Assembly: GCA_963807605.1 (NCBI GenBank)
Contig: CAWECG010000001.1
Span: 352,001 to 416,000, forward strand
Length of the DNA stretch: 64,000 nucleotides
Source: Candidatus Bathyarchaeota archaeon
Lineage (GTDB): Archaea; Thermoproteota; Bathyarchaeia; 40CM-2-53-6; RBG-13-38-9
Direction: 5' to 3'
Position 1 is the stretch's first letter. The number at the start of each line of letters is the position of its first letter. The position numbers were made by a program, and so were the translations under genes. Under the pieces are notes generated by a model, which made no database searches, was not told where the DNA came from, and was given only the letters and a program-made list of their open reading frames with translations. This document shows, one piece after another, positions 30,668-41,918 of this stretch.

Positions 30668-31073
30668 ACGCGCGTTCGCTTCGGATTTTCGTGGTGCATT
30701 GTTCAGAGGAGAACATCATGGTTTCTATTTGAGCGATATCTGGGTGTGGCTTCGTAGGCCACTCGAAGAAACTTGTCTCTTTGAGGAAGGCTCCCATCAA
30801 CATAATGCCCATCAGGAAGAGTATTACATTGAAGCTTGCAAACCAAGGAATTTTTCTTATTCAGTATGTTTGCGCCTACGAGTAGAACGGTGAGGGCAAG
30901 GACGAAGAAAAGTCTGAAACGTCAGAATGGTATGGTACCATAGACGATAGATAGAAGGCTGCGGTCGCAACCGCCTGGAGTACGTAGCCCAAGCAGTGAT
31001 AGCAGAGCGCGAGGCACCATGAGGAAAACGAATGTTGCCGCAGCTCTCCTTTCGGTCGAGGTCTTCGACAACA

Positions 31074-31427
31074 CTATATGGCCTGTATATTTCTTTCGTT
31101 GGTTCTTATTTTGATTATGTCTTCTATTGGATATACAATGATCTTGCCGTCGCCAACTTCTCCTGTCAATGTTGCCTCACGTATAGCCGTGCAGACTTTT
31201 TCCGTGTCCTTATCCTCGAGGTAGAGTTCTATCTTGATCTTTGGAAGAAAGTCCACCTTTATGACTGATCCGTCATGTCTTTGAAGCAAACCTTTCTGTC
31301 GGCCTCTGCCCTCAACTCTTGTGACTGTCATTCCGATTACGCCAATCTTCTCAAGTTCGGCGCTGGCAAGCCCAAGCATCTCTGGCCGGATTATGGCCTC
31401 AATTTTTCTCAGGTTAGACTCAGACAT
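31074..31427 (-). CDS. glnK: P-II nitrogen regulatory protein
   Basis: IEAIIRPE, GRGRQKG, LPKIKIE, TGEVGDGKI. Confidence 0.88.
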   Translation of the reverse strand: MSESNLRKIEAIIRPEMLGLASAELEKIGVIGMTVTRVEGRGRQKGLLQRHDGSVIKVDFLPKIKIELYLEDKDTEKVCTAIREATLTGEVGDGKIIVYPIEDIIKIRTNERNIQAI

Positions 31428-31494
31428 TTCTTTTACCTCTCATCACCTGCAAAGAAAAACAGGAAACGCAGTTAGCCAAGTACGGTCCTCGCCT

Positions 31495-31524
31495 TAATAT
31501 ATCATAATTACACCTGGAAACGAT
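31495..31524 (-). promoter_or_regulatory. TATA box plus 17-bp upstream motif shared with the amt promoter
   Basis: ATCGTTTCCAGGTGTAA-N6-TATATTA. Confidence 0.6.
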
Positions 31525-32096
31525 TTCTGGTTACAGCAAAGATATGTTTTACAGATATTCTGCTCACAAATATCAAAAATCATAGTTTCTGTTCACAGCT
31601 ATGTCATGAAATAGTGGATTCGTGGCCGAAGATTAGTGCTGCCAAGAGATGTACGTTTCGCGCCTAAAGGTTGCTAGGCTGCAAAGAACGGTGAGAAGAA
31701 ACGGATGGATTCGCATGCCAGCTGGATCCCTAGCAACGGTGGAACCAATCTTGAAGCCCATGAATTGAGGATTGGCCGGCGTTTAGTAGAGAGCAAATTT
31801 TGTAAACATTTGTAAGTGGCTAATCATAAGGTTGGATCTGCTAGCGAAAAGCAAGTATATGTTATAAAAATGAATTATAGGGCAGATTTTTCTATTATTT
31901 CTAACATTTTTTCCCTACCTCTGTTATAAAGATGATATATATTGTAGATACCTCACTACTTGCGAACATTAATGATGAGAATGACGAAAATAACTAACAA
32001 AATGAAAACCTTCAAAATGAGGTAGAACAACTGCAATACAGAAAGTCTGACGCCAGCGTTGTAGTAAGTGAGTTACCAGAATCCTCTAAGATTCAG

Positions 32097-34179
32097 ATGA
32101 AAAAGACACTTGGTTTGTGGGGGCTTGCGGTGAACGCAATGGCGCTTATTGCGCCAGGTGCGTTCTTGTGGACGACGTTTCAGGTTCAAGCTGCGCAGAC
32201 TAATGGTGGTGTGACCACTGCGGGCGAGATGTGGACTGGCTTAGGAGCCGCACTTATACTTGCCTTCTTAACGGCATTTTCGTATTCGGAGCTCTCCAAC
32301 ATTTACCCAAGTGCAGGTACTGGGTCTTCTTACTTCTTTGCCGGGGCAGCGTTCTTGGATGGGAAGAAAGCGTCTCTTCGGCAGTGGGCGCGAATCGTAA
32401 AGTTCGTTGTGGGCTGGGTGTCGCACTTGTACTACTGGATCTACCCAGGCATCATGGTAGCCTTCTCAGCTACGTTAGTTGTGTACATCTTCGGCCTGTT
32501 CAACATTGTCTTGTTGGCGTGGCAGCAGATCGCGATAGCTGCGGTTTTTGCCTTAGTCAACGGGTACGTTGCCTATCGAGGCATGCACGGCTCCACTATG
32601 ACCGCTGTGGCGATTAACGTCATTCAGATCGTCTCGCTCGGGGCGTTCTCGATCCTCGCAATCTTGTACCGCCTGACACATCCGGGAGTGGCGTATGCGA
32701 CCTCTGTGAGCTCCATTCTCTTGCCACATAACTTCACGAACATTCTTTTCCAGTCCACGATAGCGATCCTGCTTCTCGTTGGGTTTGAGTCGGTGACCTC
32801 CTTCGGTGACGAGGCTGTGAACCCGAAGCGGCATATGAGAACGGCCGTCATCCTCTCACTTGCCATCCAAGGATTGTTCGCATACCTTTTCGAGTACTTT
32901 GCTGCGAACTACTTTGTTGGCAGTCAGCTGACTGCGACCGATGCAACTGGCAAAGTTGTTACGGGTTATGACGCGGCGGCGGCGTCTGGGGCGCCGATCG
33001 GGGACATGATACGCGTTATTGGGAATACGATGCTCGGCGGCACGGGGCAAGATTCTTACGTTGATTGTAGCGGCCACGGTTATGTTAGCTCTGGTCGGGA
33101 CGACGTTGGCCTGTTTGAATACGGCGGTGCGTGTCACTCACGCCATGGCTAAGGATCGGGAGATGCCAACAGTTCTCAGCCTTCTGCATGGCAAGTATGC
33201 GACACCTCACTGGGGCATCTGGACACTGGTTGCCGTGTCTGCTGTGATTGGGAGTTACGGCGTCTTGAGCGTGGATAACCTGACCCAAATCACCTTGGCC
33301 TCCAACACTGGCACGTTTCTGGTGTATGGAGCTACGAACCTGATTGCCTTGCTGGCTTTCTATGGGCGCGTGGGTTCCCGGTTCCTCCAACATAAACTAG
33401 TGCCCTTCCTTGGCTTGGTGGCGAATCTGTTCATGCTTGGGGCGCTGGTTTACTTGAGTTTCGTGGCGGGGGGTTCGACATCTACTGACACTGTGATAGC
33501 GCTGGCCATAGTGATTGTGTGGATCGTCGTTGGCGGTGTGTGGTTTGCCAGTAACACTCATGGATTTTGGCCGTTTCGTAAGAATGGTCATCCCCTGCTC
33601 ATGAATGGGGATGACCTACCCGCAACTCTCGCGTGTGGTTGTGACCGAGCGCAGGGATGCTTTTGCTTCCCGTTAAGGGAACTGGATGGTTTCACTGATA
33701 CAGTAAGTGACCTAACTAAGGACCACAAGCTGAGCAACGCACAAGTCCACCAGTTGATAGACAGAGCCCAGGCAGTACTGAACACGAGACGACCAACAAA
33801 GGGTAACTATGACGATGCTAAGGAACTATACACTCGGAGTCTAGAGGTTAGTAAGAAGCTTGGTGACCAGAAAGGAATAGCTGCAACACTGCACCAACTA
33901 GGCATGATAGAGCAGAAAAAGGGCAACTATGACGACGCGAAGAAGATCTATAACCGGAGCCTAGAGACTAGCCAGAAGCTTGGTGACCAGAAAGGAATAG
34001 CCATAACACTTCGTGTGCTTGGACGACTTGCTGAGGAACAAGGTGATCTAGATTCTGCCGAAAGATACTATCAAGAGGCACTTGCTTTTTTTGAGAAGCT
34101 GCAAGCTAAACCGTACCTAGAATTAGCAAAGAACGATCTGGATCGAGCTAAGTCAAAGAAAACAATTTGGCATCTATGA
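32097..34179 (+). pseudogene. APC-family amino acid permease, frameshift near 33045, second frame fused to TPR repeats
   Basis: LIAPGAF, SYSEL...PSAG, VGFES; tail has DQKGIA.TL..LG repeats. Confidence 0.75.
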
Positions 34180-34261
34180 TGTCTGGGTCTCCACCTTGTT
34201 CTTCTTTTGAGAGAATCTTTGAATACTGCCGCAACGATCCCAACTGCAGCTTGCGCAGAGA

Positions 34262-34462
34262 GGCGCGGGAAAGAATACCGTGTCGATGTGCTTCCGAAAG
34301 TTATGGTCACAGTAGTTGTTCCAGATGAGCAAGTTGAGATTGATCGAGATTATCATGAAAGTTACGTACACCGGAAGTATAGGAGACGGCAGGATATTCG
34401 TTCTACCAGTAGGAGAAACCATCCGAATTCGAACTGGAGAACGGAATAAGAAAGCTCTCTGA
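34262..34462 (+). pseudogene. P-II protein C-terminal fragment
   Basis: RGKEYRVDVLPKV and TGSIGDGRIFVLPV..IRIRTGE in two frames. Confidence 0.75.
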
Positions 34463-34699
34463 TAAGACGATCAAGCGCACCTTCACATCAAGAAACACGT
34501 GCGCTTATCGCCATTTTTCGACAAGAAAAGGCTGATGATTCACATTCCAAAGGAAAGCATCAAAGACAGGACATGGTCTCTAGAGTGGCACGATAAGACA
34601 TTGAACACCCTTCATTTCGGTAAATGAGAGAGTAAACTAAAAGCGCACACTTAAATTGATGACACTATCTTTGGGTCATTTTTCAGCAGGCGGGCCCTC

Positions 34700-37432
34700 T
34701 TGAAGGATATTGCTAAGTTATCAGCCGAGGATGTTTTCAAAGCGTTAGACACCTCGCCGGACGGATTGACAAATGAGACTGCTAAAAAGAGGCTTGAGGA
34801 ATATGGCCTCAACGTTTTGATCGAAAAAAAGAGAGGCTCCACCCTAGGTAAATTTGTTCATAATCTACTCGACTTCTTCAGTCTCTTGCTGATATTGGCT
34901 GCAGTACTTGCTGCCTTGAGCAGTATGATGCAGCTAAGCCTCCTCATATTTCTCATAGTATTGATTAACGCGGTTTTCAGTCTCTTCCAAGAATGGCGTG
35001 CAGAACAGGCCATGGCGAAATTGAAAAGCTGGATGCCTGAATACGCCAAAGTCATCAGAGACAAAACACTTTGTAAGATTCAAGTCAGAGATATCGTTTC
35101 AGGCGACGTGATAGTATTAGACGAGGGCGATAGAGTACCCGCAGATGCCCGCCTAATTGAATCTTATGAGTTATGGACTAATAATGTCCCATTAACAGGT
35201 GAATCGGCACCTCAATCTAGAACCGCAAAAATCGTAACAGAAGAACTCGGATCCCCATTAGAAGCACCTAATATTGTTTTCATGAGCACCAGCGTAGCAA
35301 GAGGGCATGGAAAAGCCGTAGTCTTTGCAACAGGCATGCAGTCAAATTTCGGTAAGATTGCAGGGCTAACTCAAGAGATAAAAGACACAGAAAGCCCGCT
35401 TCAAAAGGAGATCGCCCACACAGCTAGATACGACTTCGCCCTAGCAATTGCAGTAGGCGTCATCTTTTTCCTTATCAGTACTCTTTGGCTTGGCCTTAAC
35501 ATTTTCAGCAGTATGCTTTTCATGATAGGTGTAATGGTTGCTCTTGTTCCAGAAGGACTACAAGTCACTGTGTCAAGCGCTTTAGCAATCAACGTATTGA
35601 AGATGGTTAAAGAAAACGTATTGATTAGACGCTTATCTTCTGTCCAAACACTTGGCAGCGTCACTGAAATTTGTACAGACAAGACTGGAACGATTACAAA
35701 AGGCGAAATGACAGCTACAAAGATATGGTTATACAATAAAGTCATAGACGTTTCCGGAATTGGCTATGAACCCATAGGCAAATTCACATCCAAAGGACAA
35801 ACCCTCGAAACAAAAGACTTCATCTCGCTCGAAAGATTGATTGAAATCTGCGCTTTATGTAACACCTCGAAAGTTGAGCCGCCATCGGATAGAAATAAAA
35901 CCTGGAACATAATAGGCGATCCAACCGACGGAGCCCTACTTGTAGCTGCCCTAAAATATGGACTGGATACTCAGCGCATTCTCACAAACAAACTGATCAC
36001 TGACATTTTGCCTTTCAATTCCGAGAGAAAACGTATGACCACAGTCCATAAGGATGGACAACGCTTAGTCGCCTATACGAAGGGCGCTCCAAGAAGCATC
36101 CTTTCAATAAGCACAAAAATAGCTGTCAACGACCACGTAGAATCTCTAGTTAATGAATATTTGCGCCAAGTCGAAGCGAAATTACATGAATTTGCTGAGG
36201 AAGGATTACGATTAATAGCGGTCGCTTTCAAAGAACTACCTGGAACGATATCTGATTCTTCAGAAAGCCTCGAGAGTGAAATGACTCTTGTGGGTCTAGT
36301 GGCGATGAAGGATCCGCCACGACCAGAAGTCAAAGAAGCTGTCGCAGTGACTAAGCGGGCACATATAAGAACCACCATCATAACTGGCGATTATGGGCCC
36401 ACAGCGAAGGCTATTGCCAAAGAAGTTGGAATTGTTGAGACAGACAATTGCAAGGTAATTCGAGGCGTTGACCTGGAGAAGATGAGTGAGAACGAGCTTT
36501 CAACTGAGCTCGACTGTCAAGAAGTCATATTTGCCCGTGTTTCACCAGAACAGAAACTGCGGATCGTGCGCATGCTAAAAAAGAAGGGTGAAGTGGTCGC
36601 TGTTACAGGAGATGGGGTTAACGATGCACCTTCCTTGAAGGAGGCAGACATCGGTGTAGCCATGGGGCTCTCTGGCACGGACGTCGCTAAAGAAGCAGCC
36701 GATATGGTTCTGCTCGACGACAGCTATGCCTCCATTGTAAAGGCCGTGGAAGCTGGAAGAACAATATATGATAACATAAGAAAATTCATAGTTTATGTGT
36801 TCTCACACAATTGGGCCGAGCTTATTCCATACATTTTGTATATTGTGCTGGGAATACCGTTTCCTCTACTTGTTGTTCAAGTCTTAGCCATTGACCTTGG
36901 CATAGACGTCTTGCCATCGCTGGCGCTGAGCCGTGAACCTCCGGAGCCAGGAATAATGGATGAGCCGCCACGCAGCAAGAAAGAGAGGCTCTTCAACTCA
37001 AGAGTCTTGCTCCGCTCACTCTACATAGGCATAATCATAGCGGCAGGTGCGATGCTTGGATGTTTCAGAGCATGGTCTGCAGGCGGGTGGACGCTGGGAA
37101 TGCAACTTGATCCAAATAGTCTGGTCTACATTAAGGGCGTCACCATGACATTTTCGGGCATAGTTGTCGCTCAGATGGGCAATTTATTGGCCTGTCGAAC
37201 CAGTAAAGCGTCTCTCTTCAAAACTAGCTGGACAAGCAACAAATGGATTTGGTTAGGCATGCTCTGGCAGATATCTATACTCTCAATTCTGGTTTACCTT
37301 CCACCCCTACAGAGAGCATTTGGGACAACTGCCTTAGAGATAACCGATTGGATTTTCTTACTGACGCTTGCTGGCATTGTTGTCCTCGCTGAGGAAATAC
37401 GCAAGTTCCTTACAAGACGTTTGACTTCCTAA
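34700..37432 (+). CDS. Cation-transporting P-type ATPase (P2 type)
   Basis: TGES, PEGL, DKTGT, KGAP, TGDGVNDAP. Confidence 0.95.
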   Translation: MKDIAKLSAEDVFKALDTSPDGLTNETAKKRLEEYGLNVLIEKKRGSTLGKFVHNLLDFFSLLLILAAVLAALSSMMQLSLLIFLIVLINAVFSLFQEWRAEQAMAKLKSWMPEYAKVIRDKTLCKIQVRDIVSGDVIVLDEGDRVPADARLIESYELWTNNVPLTGESAPQSRTAKIVTEELGSPLEAPNIVFMSTSVARGHGKAVVFATGMQSNFGKIAGLTQEIKDTESPLQKEIAHTARYDFALAIAVGVIFFLISTLWLGLNIFSSMLFMIGVMVALVPEGLQVTVSSALAINVLKMVKENVLIRRLSSVQTLGSVTEICTDKTGTITKGEMTATKIWLYNKVIDVSGIGYEPIGKFTSKGQTLETKDFISLERLIEICALCNTSKVEPPSDRNKTWNIIGDPTDGALLVAALKYGLDTQRILTNKLITDILPFNSERKRMTTVHKDGQRLVAYTKGAPRSILSISTKIAVNDHVESLVNEYLRQVEAKLHEFAEEGLRLIAVAFKELPGTISDSSESLESEMTLVGLVAMKDPPRPEVKEAVAVTKRAHIRTTIITGDYGPTAKAIAKEVGIVETDNCKVIRGVDLEKMSENELSTELDCQEVIFARVSPEQKLRIVRMLKKKGEVVAVTGDGVNDAPSLKEADIGVAMGLSGTDVAKEAADMVLLDDSYASIVKAVEAGRTIYDNIRKFIVYVFSHNWAELIPYILYIVLGIPFPLLVVQVLAIDLGIDVLPSLALSREPPEPGIMDEPPRSKKERLFNSRVLLRSLYIGIIIAAGAMLGCFRAWSAGGWTLGMQLDPNSLVYIKGVTMTFSGIVVAQMGNLLACRTSKASLFKTSWTSNKWIWLGMLWQISILSILVYLPPLQRAFGTTALEITDWIFLLTLAGIVVLAEEIRKFLTRRLTS

Positions 37433-37529
37433 TACATGCCCAGCTTGTGTCTGCTCGTCAAGTGGGGCACCAGTTCTTGAAGACAATGATACTTAGCTAG
37501 CCCTTTTGATGTCATTTCGGCCATAAAAT

Positions 37530-37560
37530 ATCGGTTCCTGGTGTAAGTACGCTATATATA
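37530..37560 (+). promoter_or_regulatory. 17-bp motif plus TATA box upstream of amt-glnK
   Basis: ATCGGTTCCTGGTGTAA-N6-TATATATA. Confidence 0.6.
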
Positions 37561-37592
37561 TCATCGAAAGTTAAGCACGCAAGTGAAGAGCT

Positions 37593-39059
37593 TTGACCAA
37601 AAATGATGAACATAAGCGAATCTTCTTGTCTCCACGGCCACACACATGTTCAAAATTACTCCAAAACTCGGAAGAAATAGGTGAAGACACACGTATTGGC
37701 AACGATCGCGGGAGAGGCTATGTTTCGAGAATTCGGATGACGATCCTTGGATTTGTCATATTCACTGCGGGAATAAAGGCTGTGGCAGCTGAGTCTGCGG
37801 GAGCAGTCAACAGCGGCGATACAACATGGATTCTGATATCAGCCGCACTAGTGATGCTGATGACACCGGCAGTGGGTCTCTTTTATGGTGGAATGGTCAG
37901 AAAAAAGAATGTCCTAGGGATAATCACTCAGAGCTTCGTCGTCCTAGCCCTTGTGAGCATCCAGTGGGTCGTGTTGGGATACAGCCTCGCGTTTGGTCCT
38001 AACGTTGAAGGATTTTTCGGCGGAATAATTGGCAGTCTAAAATGGGCCGGGCTCGAAGGAGTAGGCGCCATACCAAATGCTAGTTACGCCCCCACGATCC
38101 CGCACCTCACCTTTGCGATATACGAGGCCATGTTTGCAATAATCACTCCAGCATTAGTCATTGGTGCGTTTGCCGATCGAGTGAAGTTCAGTTCTTTCAT
38201 TGTCTTCACCATTCTTTGGTCCACATTGGTCTACGATCCAATCGCTCACTGGGTGTGGGGAACGGGGGGATGGATCAAGGCTCTTGGTGCCCTCGACTTT
38301 GCAGGAGGAACCGTGGTGCATGTGTCCGCGGGCGTTTCAGCATTGGTAGCGGCGCTTTTGGTTGGAAAACGATATGGTTTTGGATTCCAAACCGAGATGC
38401 GTCCTCATAACATAACGATGAGTGTGCTCGGCGCTTCTCTATTGTGGTTTGGATGGTTCGGGTTCAACGCCGGCAGCGCACTGAGCGCTGGAGCTTTGGC
38501 AACTCGAGCCTTTGTGAATACAAACACGGCCGCCGCTGCTGCAGGATTGTCCTGGATGACCATCTCATGGGCGCATAGTGGGAAACCCAGTAGCTTGGGA
38601 ATTGTAACCGGTGCCGTCTGTGGACTTGTGGCCATAACTCCTGCTGCAGGATTCGTTAATACCATCTCAGCCATAATTATAGGAATTATTGCAGCTCTGA
38701 TCTGCTTCACAGCGATGGTCTTTCGAACAACCAAGACAGGGATCGACGACTCACTCGACGTCTTCTCCTGTCACGGTGTGGGAGGAATAATAGGTTCCAT
38801 AGCTACGGGAATCTTCGCTCAGAGACTCATCAATCCAAATGGAGCAGACGGACTATTGGCTGGAAACCCATCACTGTTGGTAAGCCAACTGATAGCTGTG
38901 GGTGCTACAGCACTCTACGCCGGTGTAATGACCGCGCTGATACTCATAGCTTTGAAGACTGTAAGAGGCATCCGAGTGAAGCCAGAAGAAGAAATAATTG
39001 GTCTGGACATTTCACAACACGGTGAAGAAGCATACCCAGACATGGACGTGCCAGCCTAG
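37593..39059 (+). CDS. amtB: Ammonium transporter (true start probably ~37737)
   Basis: FYGGMVRKKN, DFAGGTVVH, WFGWFGFNAGS, HGE.AY. Confidence 0.95.
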   Translation: MTKNDEHKRIFLSPRPHTCSKLLQNSEEIGEDTRIGNDRGRGYVSRIRMTILGFVIFTAGIKAVAAESAGAVNSGDTTWILISAALVMLMTPAVGLFYGGMVRKKNVLGIITQSFVVLALVSIQWVVLGYSLAFGPNVEGFFGGIIGSLKWAGLEGVGAIPNASYAPTIPHLTFAIYEAMFAIITPALVIGAFADRVKFSSFIVFTILWSTLVYDPIAHWVWGTGGWIKALGALDFAGGTVVHVSAGVSALVAALLVGKRYGFGFQTEMRPHNITMSVLGASLLWFGWFGFNAGSALSAGALATRAFVNTNTAAAAAGLSWMTISWAHSGKPSSLGIVTGAVCGLVAITPAAGFVNTISAIIIGIIAALICFTAMVFRTTKTGIDDSLDVFSCHGVGGIIGSIATGIFAQRLINPNGADGLLAGNPSLLVSQLIAVGATALYAGVMTALILIALKTVRGIRVKPEEEIIGLDISQHGEEAYPDMDVPA

Positions 39060-39077
39060 AAGCGGTGGAAGGACAAG

Positions 39078-39419
39078 ATGAAGCTAATCATAGCATACGT
39101 CAAGCCGGAGAGATTCAAACTGGTCAAGAAGGAACTCTACAAGGCTGAAGTATTCAAGATGTCAGTCACCGCAGCAAGGGGCTGTGGAACCCAGAAAGGC
39201 TTCGTCGAGGTGCTGAGGGGAACGGTTGAGGAGGTAAACCTACTTCAAAAGATGAGAATTGAGATCGCGGTAAATGATGATTTTGTTCAGCCAACGATAG
39301 AAGCGATAGTAAGAGGTGCCAAGACCGGAAGCCTTGGAGACGGAAAGATATTCGTCCTGCCCTTGGAACAGTGTATCAGAATCAGGACCGGCGAGACGGG
39401 AAACGAAGCCATAGGCTAA
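39078..39419 (+). CDS. glnK: P-II nitrogen regulatory protein
   Basis: P-II motifs; directly downstream of amt. Confidence 0.92.
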   Translation: MKLIIAYVKPERFKLVKKELYKAEVFKMSVTAARGCGTQKGFVEVLRGTVEEVNLLQKMRIEIAVNDDFVQPTIEAIVRGAKTGSLGDGKIFVLPLEQCIRIRTGETGNEAIG

Positions 39420-39632
39420 GCACACACTAAATAAACGCGCTCTGCAAACGCGTTTGGCCCACCAGCGCGCGTAGGTCACTAATGCAAGTACTTGGCGCAC
39501 TCGGTCAACTTGTCGAATATGCGGTGATGAAAAGGATGGTATTGAGCCATTTTTAGGTATACATTTGTACATATCATACTTTCATACTTTAACGCTTTTA
39601 CGCCTTTTTTATCTGGATCTATAATCGTACCT

Positions 39633-39791
39633 TTAGTCTGTGAAAGGGTAGCCACAATATGGGCAATATAGTTCTTCTTTGCCTACGTCATTAGGCTTGG
39701 GTACTGTTGTTCCACCAGTCTGTGGAGCTGGTGCTGGCATCACATTCTTCTCACAGTTAGGGCAATACCTAAAATTATATGGATTTTCCAA
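39633..39791 (-). CDS. Small zinc-ribbon protein (52 aa)
   Basis: GAGGTG SD, TTG start, CPNC..CPYCG. Confidence 0.6.
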   Translation of the reverse strand: MENPYNFRYCPNCEKNVMPAPAPQTGGTTVPKPNDVGKEELYCPYCGYPFTD

Positions 39792-39864
39792 AGCCCTACA
39801 CCTCTGCCTTTTTAATAGCCATTCTCAGCGGTTTCCTACGCGAGCCCTAATGTAGGAAACTTCG

Positions 39865-40116
39865 TCATTCCAAGCTCTTCTTGACCTTCTCGACATAAGT
39901 TTCATATTCTTTGACAAGTTCTTTATATGGAAAATCCCTCGGATTCCTCTTCACTGTTCGTAAGAATTTCTCTTGCACGCGAATATTCTTCTTTTGCTCT
40001 TTACGCCAAGCCTCGATCTCGCTCTGATCGAACACTACCTGACGGGCATTTTTCTTAATAGGTCTCTTAGAGTCAGAGACTGTAACAAGAAAGCTCTGAG
40101 GAAACTTCTTAGCCAT
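39865..40116 (-). CDS. Hypothetical protein
   Basis: 83-aa charged ORF. Confidence 0.5.
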   Translation of the reverse strand: MAKKFPQSFLVTVSDSKRPIKKNARQVVFDQSEIEAWRKEQKKNIRVQEKFLRTVKRNPRDFPYKELVKEYETYVEKVKKSLE

Positions 40117-40437
40117 ACTTCATCACTGCGTTTTCAGGTCTGCTTGAGGTTCTACTATTTGGACCCGTTCAGTATAAAATTTCAGTAGTTGTTGATTCTA
40201 CGCAGTATTTCAAGCTTCCTTCACTGATCAGGCGTGGTCAATCTTGTTGTTCGCTTTTAGGAAGAGGGTGATTGCCGTAACGAAGCCTAACCCCTTGAAT
40301 GAGCCGACGGTTAACAGCCCCAACAACCGAAAGAAAGCCGATGAATGAGCCTTCAACTTAACAGAACCTCCGTCCGCTTTGTTTATATATAATACGTTGT
40401 GCTCTGAATCGAAAAGTGAGTCTAGGAAGTTATTTTT

Positions 40438-41460
40438 TTGAAAGAGAGGATTTTGGGCAGAACAAATCTCAAAGTAAGAATCATAGGCTTTGGAGGTATT
40501 CCAATTCAGAGGGTGTCTGAGCGAGAGGGTGTTAAAGTCGTTAGACGATGCTATGAGCGGGGCATCAACTACTTCGACACGGCAAGAAGGTACACTGTTA
40601 GCGAGGAAAGGGTAGGCAAAGCTCTCGAAGACGTTAGAGACAAGATTTTCCTGGCAACAAAGACTATTTGTCGAACAAAGAGTGAAGTTCTTGATGAACT
40701 TGAGATCAGTCTGAAAAACCTTAGAACAGACTGGATTGACGTCTACCAACTGCACAACGTATCTTCTGATGAGACATGGAAACAAGTGAAAGCGCCAGGC
40801 GGCGCGCTGGAAGCTCTTTACGAAGCACGTAAGAAGGATAAGATACGATTTCTAGGGGTCACGGGTCATAACCCATCAATTATGACGGAAGTTGTGAAGG
40901 AAAACATATTTGATACTGTAATGATTCCGTACAACTATCTCACGCCAACAGACGAGTTGCTCTCCCTATGCCACAAGATGAATGTGGGCACAGTTATAAT
41001 GAAAGCCTTTGGCGGAGGAGCCTTCACAAATGCCAAAGCGGCGCTGAAATTTGTTCTTAAGAATGAGAATGCTGACGTGGTAATTCCAGGCGTGATGAAT
41101 GTATCTGAAGTGGACGAGAATATCGCTGTAGCCAAGGGGCCATATGATCTATCTGCTAAAGATTTGAAAATCATAGATAAAGACAAAGCTGAGCTTGGAA
41201 ATCAGTTCTGCCACTCTTGCGATTACTGTCAGCCTTGCCAGCAGAAGATAAACATCTCCTTCGTACTGAATGCTGAAAATATGCTTAAACGTATAGGATG
41301 GACACCTATGGTCGAAGGAGGGTATCAAGAAGCCAAAACAAAGGTTCCCACCTGCATTAAATGCGGTGATTGCGAGTCTAGATGCCCATACCATCTCCCC
41401 ATCAGAGAGTTGTTGCCAGTTAGGCTGGCATACTTGCAGAAAAAACATGCCATGAAATAA
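40438..41460 (+). CDS. Aldo/keto reductase with C-terminal 4Fe-4S domain
   Basis: GINYFDTAR.Y, LATK, YQLH; CHSCDYCQPC, CIKCGDCESRCP. Confidence 0.92.
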   Translation: MKERILGRTNLKVRIIGFGGIPIQRVSEREGVKVVRRCYERGINYFDTARRYTVSEERVGKALEDVRDKIFLATKTICRTKSEVLDELEISLKNLRTDWIDVYQLHNVSSDETWKQVKAPGGALEALYEARKKDKIRFLGVTGHNPSIMTEVVKENIFDTVMIPYNYLTPTDELLSLCHKMNVGTVIMKAFGGGAFTNAKAALKFVLKNENADVVIPGVMNVSEVDENIAVAKGPYDLSAKDLKIIDKDKAELGNQFCHSCDYCQPCQQKINISFVLNAENMLKRIGWTPMVEGGYQEAKTKVPTCIKCGDCESRCPYHLPIRELLPVRLAYLQKKHAMK

Positions 41461-41552
41461 ATATCGTTTAGCGCGTGCGCTTTAATGATATTTTCCAAAT
41501 ATTGCCTTTGGTTACCTTACTGATTCTCAGTCGATCTTATCAAATGGTCGCA

Positions 41553-41819
41553 TCAACGTACTACCTCATCCCGTGATTCTTTTTTCTCCACAACATTTGC
41601 TCTTGAAATAACTGTTACCAATATTGTGTTCTGTAGAGGAGTAGTCACGATGTGGGCAACTTTAAAATCTCGGTTCTTTGGCTCTTTTTCAAAATCCTCT
41701 CTACTCTTGATTACTAGTCTACTAATAGCCGCATCTATAGAACTACTCAATGTCTCGCTTACCATCTTAGGTTTGATATCCACTTCTTCAGTCAAAGACA
41801 TATAATACAAATATTGCAT
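41553..41819 (-). CDS. Hypothetical protein
   Basis: 88-aa ORF. Confidence 0.45.
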   Translation of the reverse strand: MQYLYYMSLTEEVDIKPKMVSETLSSSIDAAISRLVIKSREDFEKEPKNRDFKVAHIVTTPLQNTILVTVISRANVVEKKESRDEVVR

Positions 41820-41918
41820 CTTACAACACCAACAACCTAATTGGTAGAAGCCTATTATTATGCTTCTTTAATCGCGCCTTTCTGTTTCTCGTAGAGGTCT
41901 AAGAGTTTCCGTATTATG

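Noticed and set aside
25255-33050. Programmed ribosomal frameshifting in the split genes
   Set aside because: No consistent slippery heptamer or stimulatory structure; decay or sequencing error is more likely.
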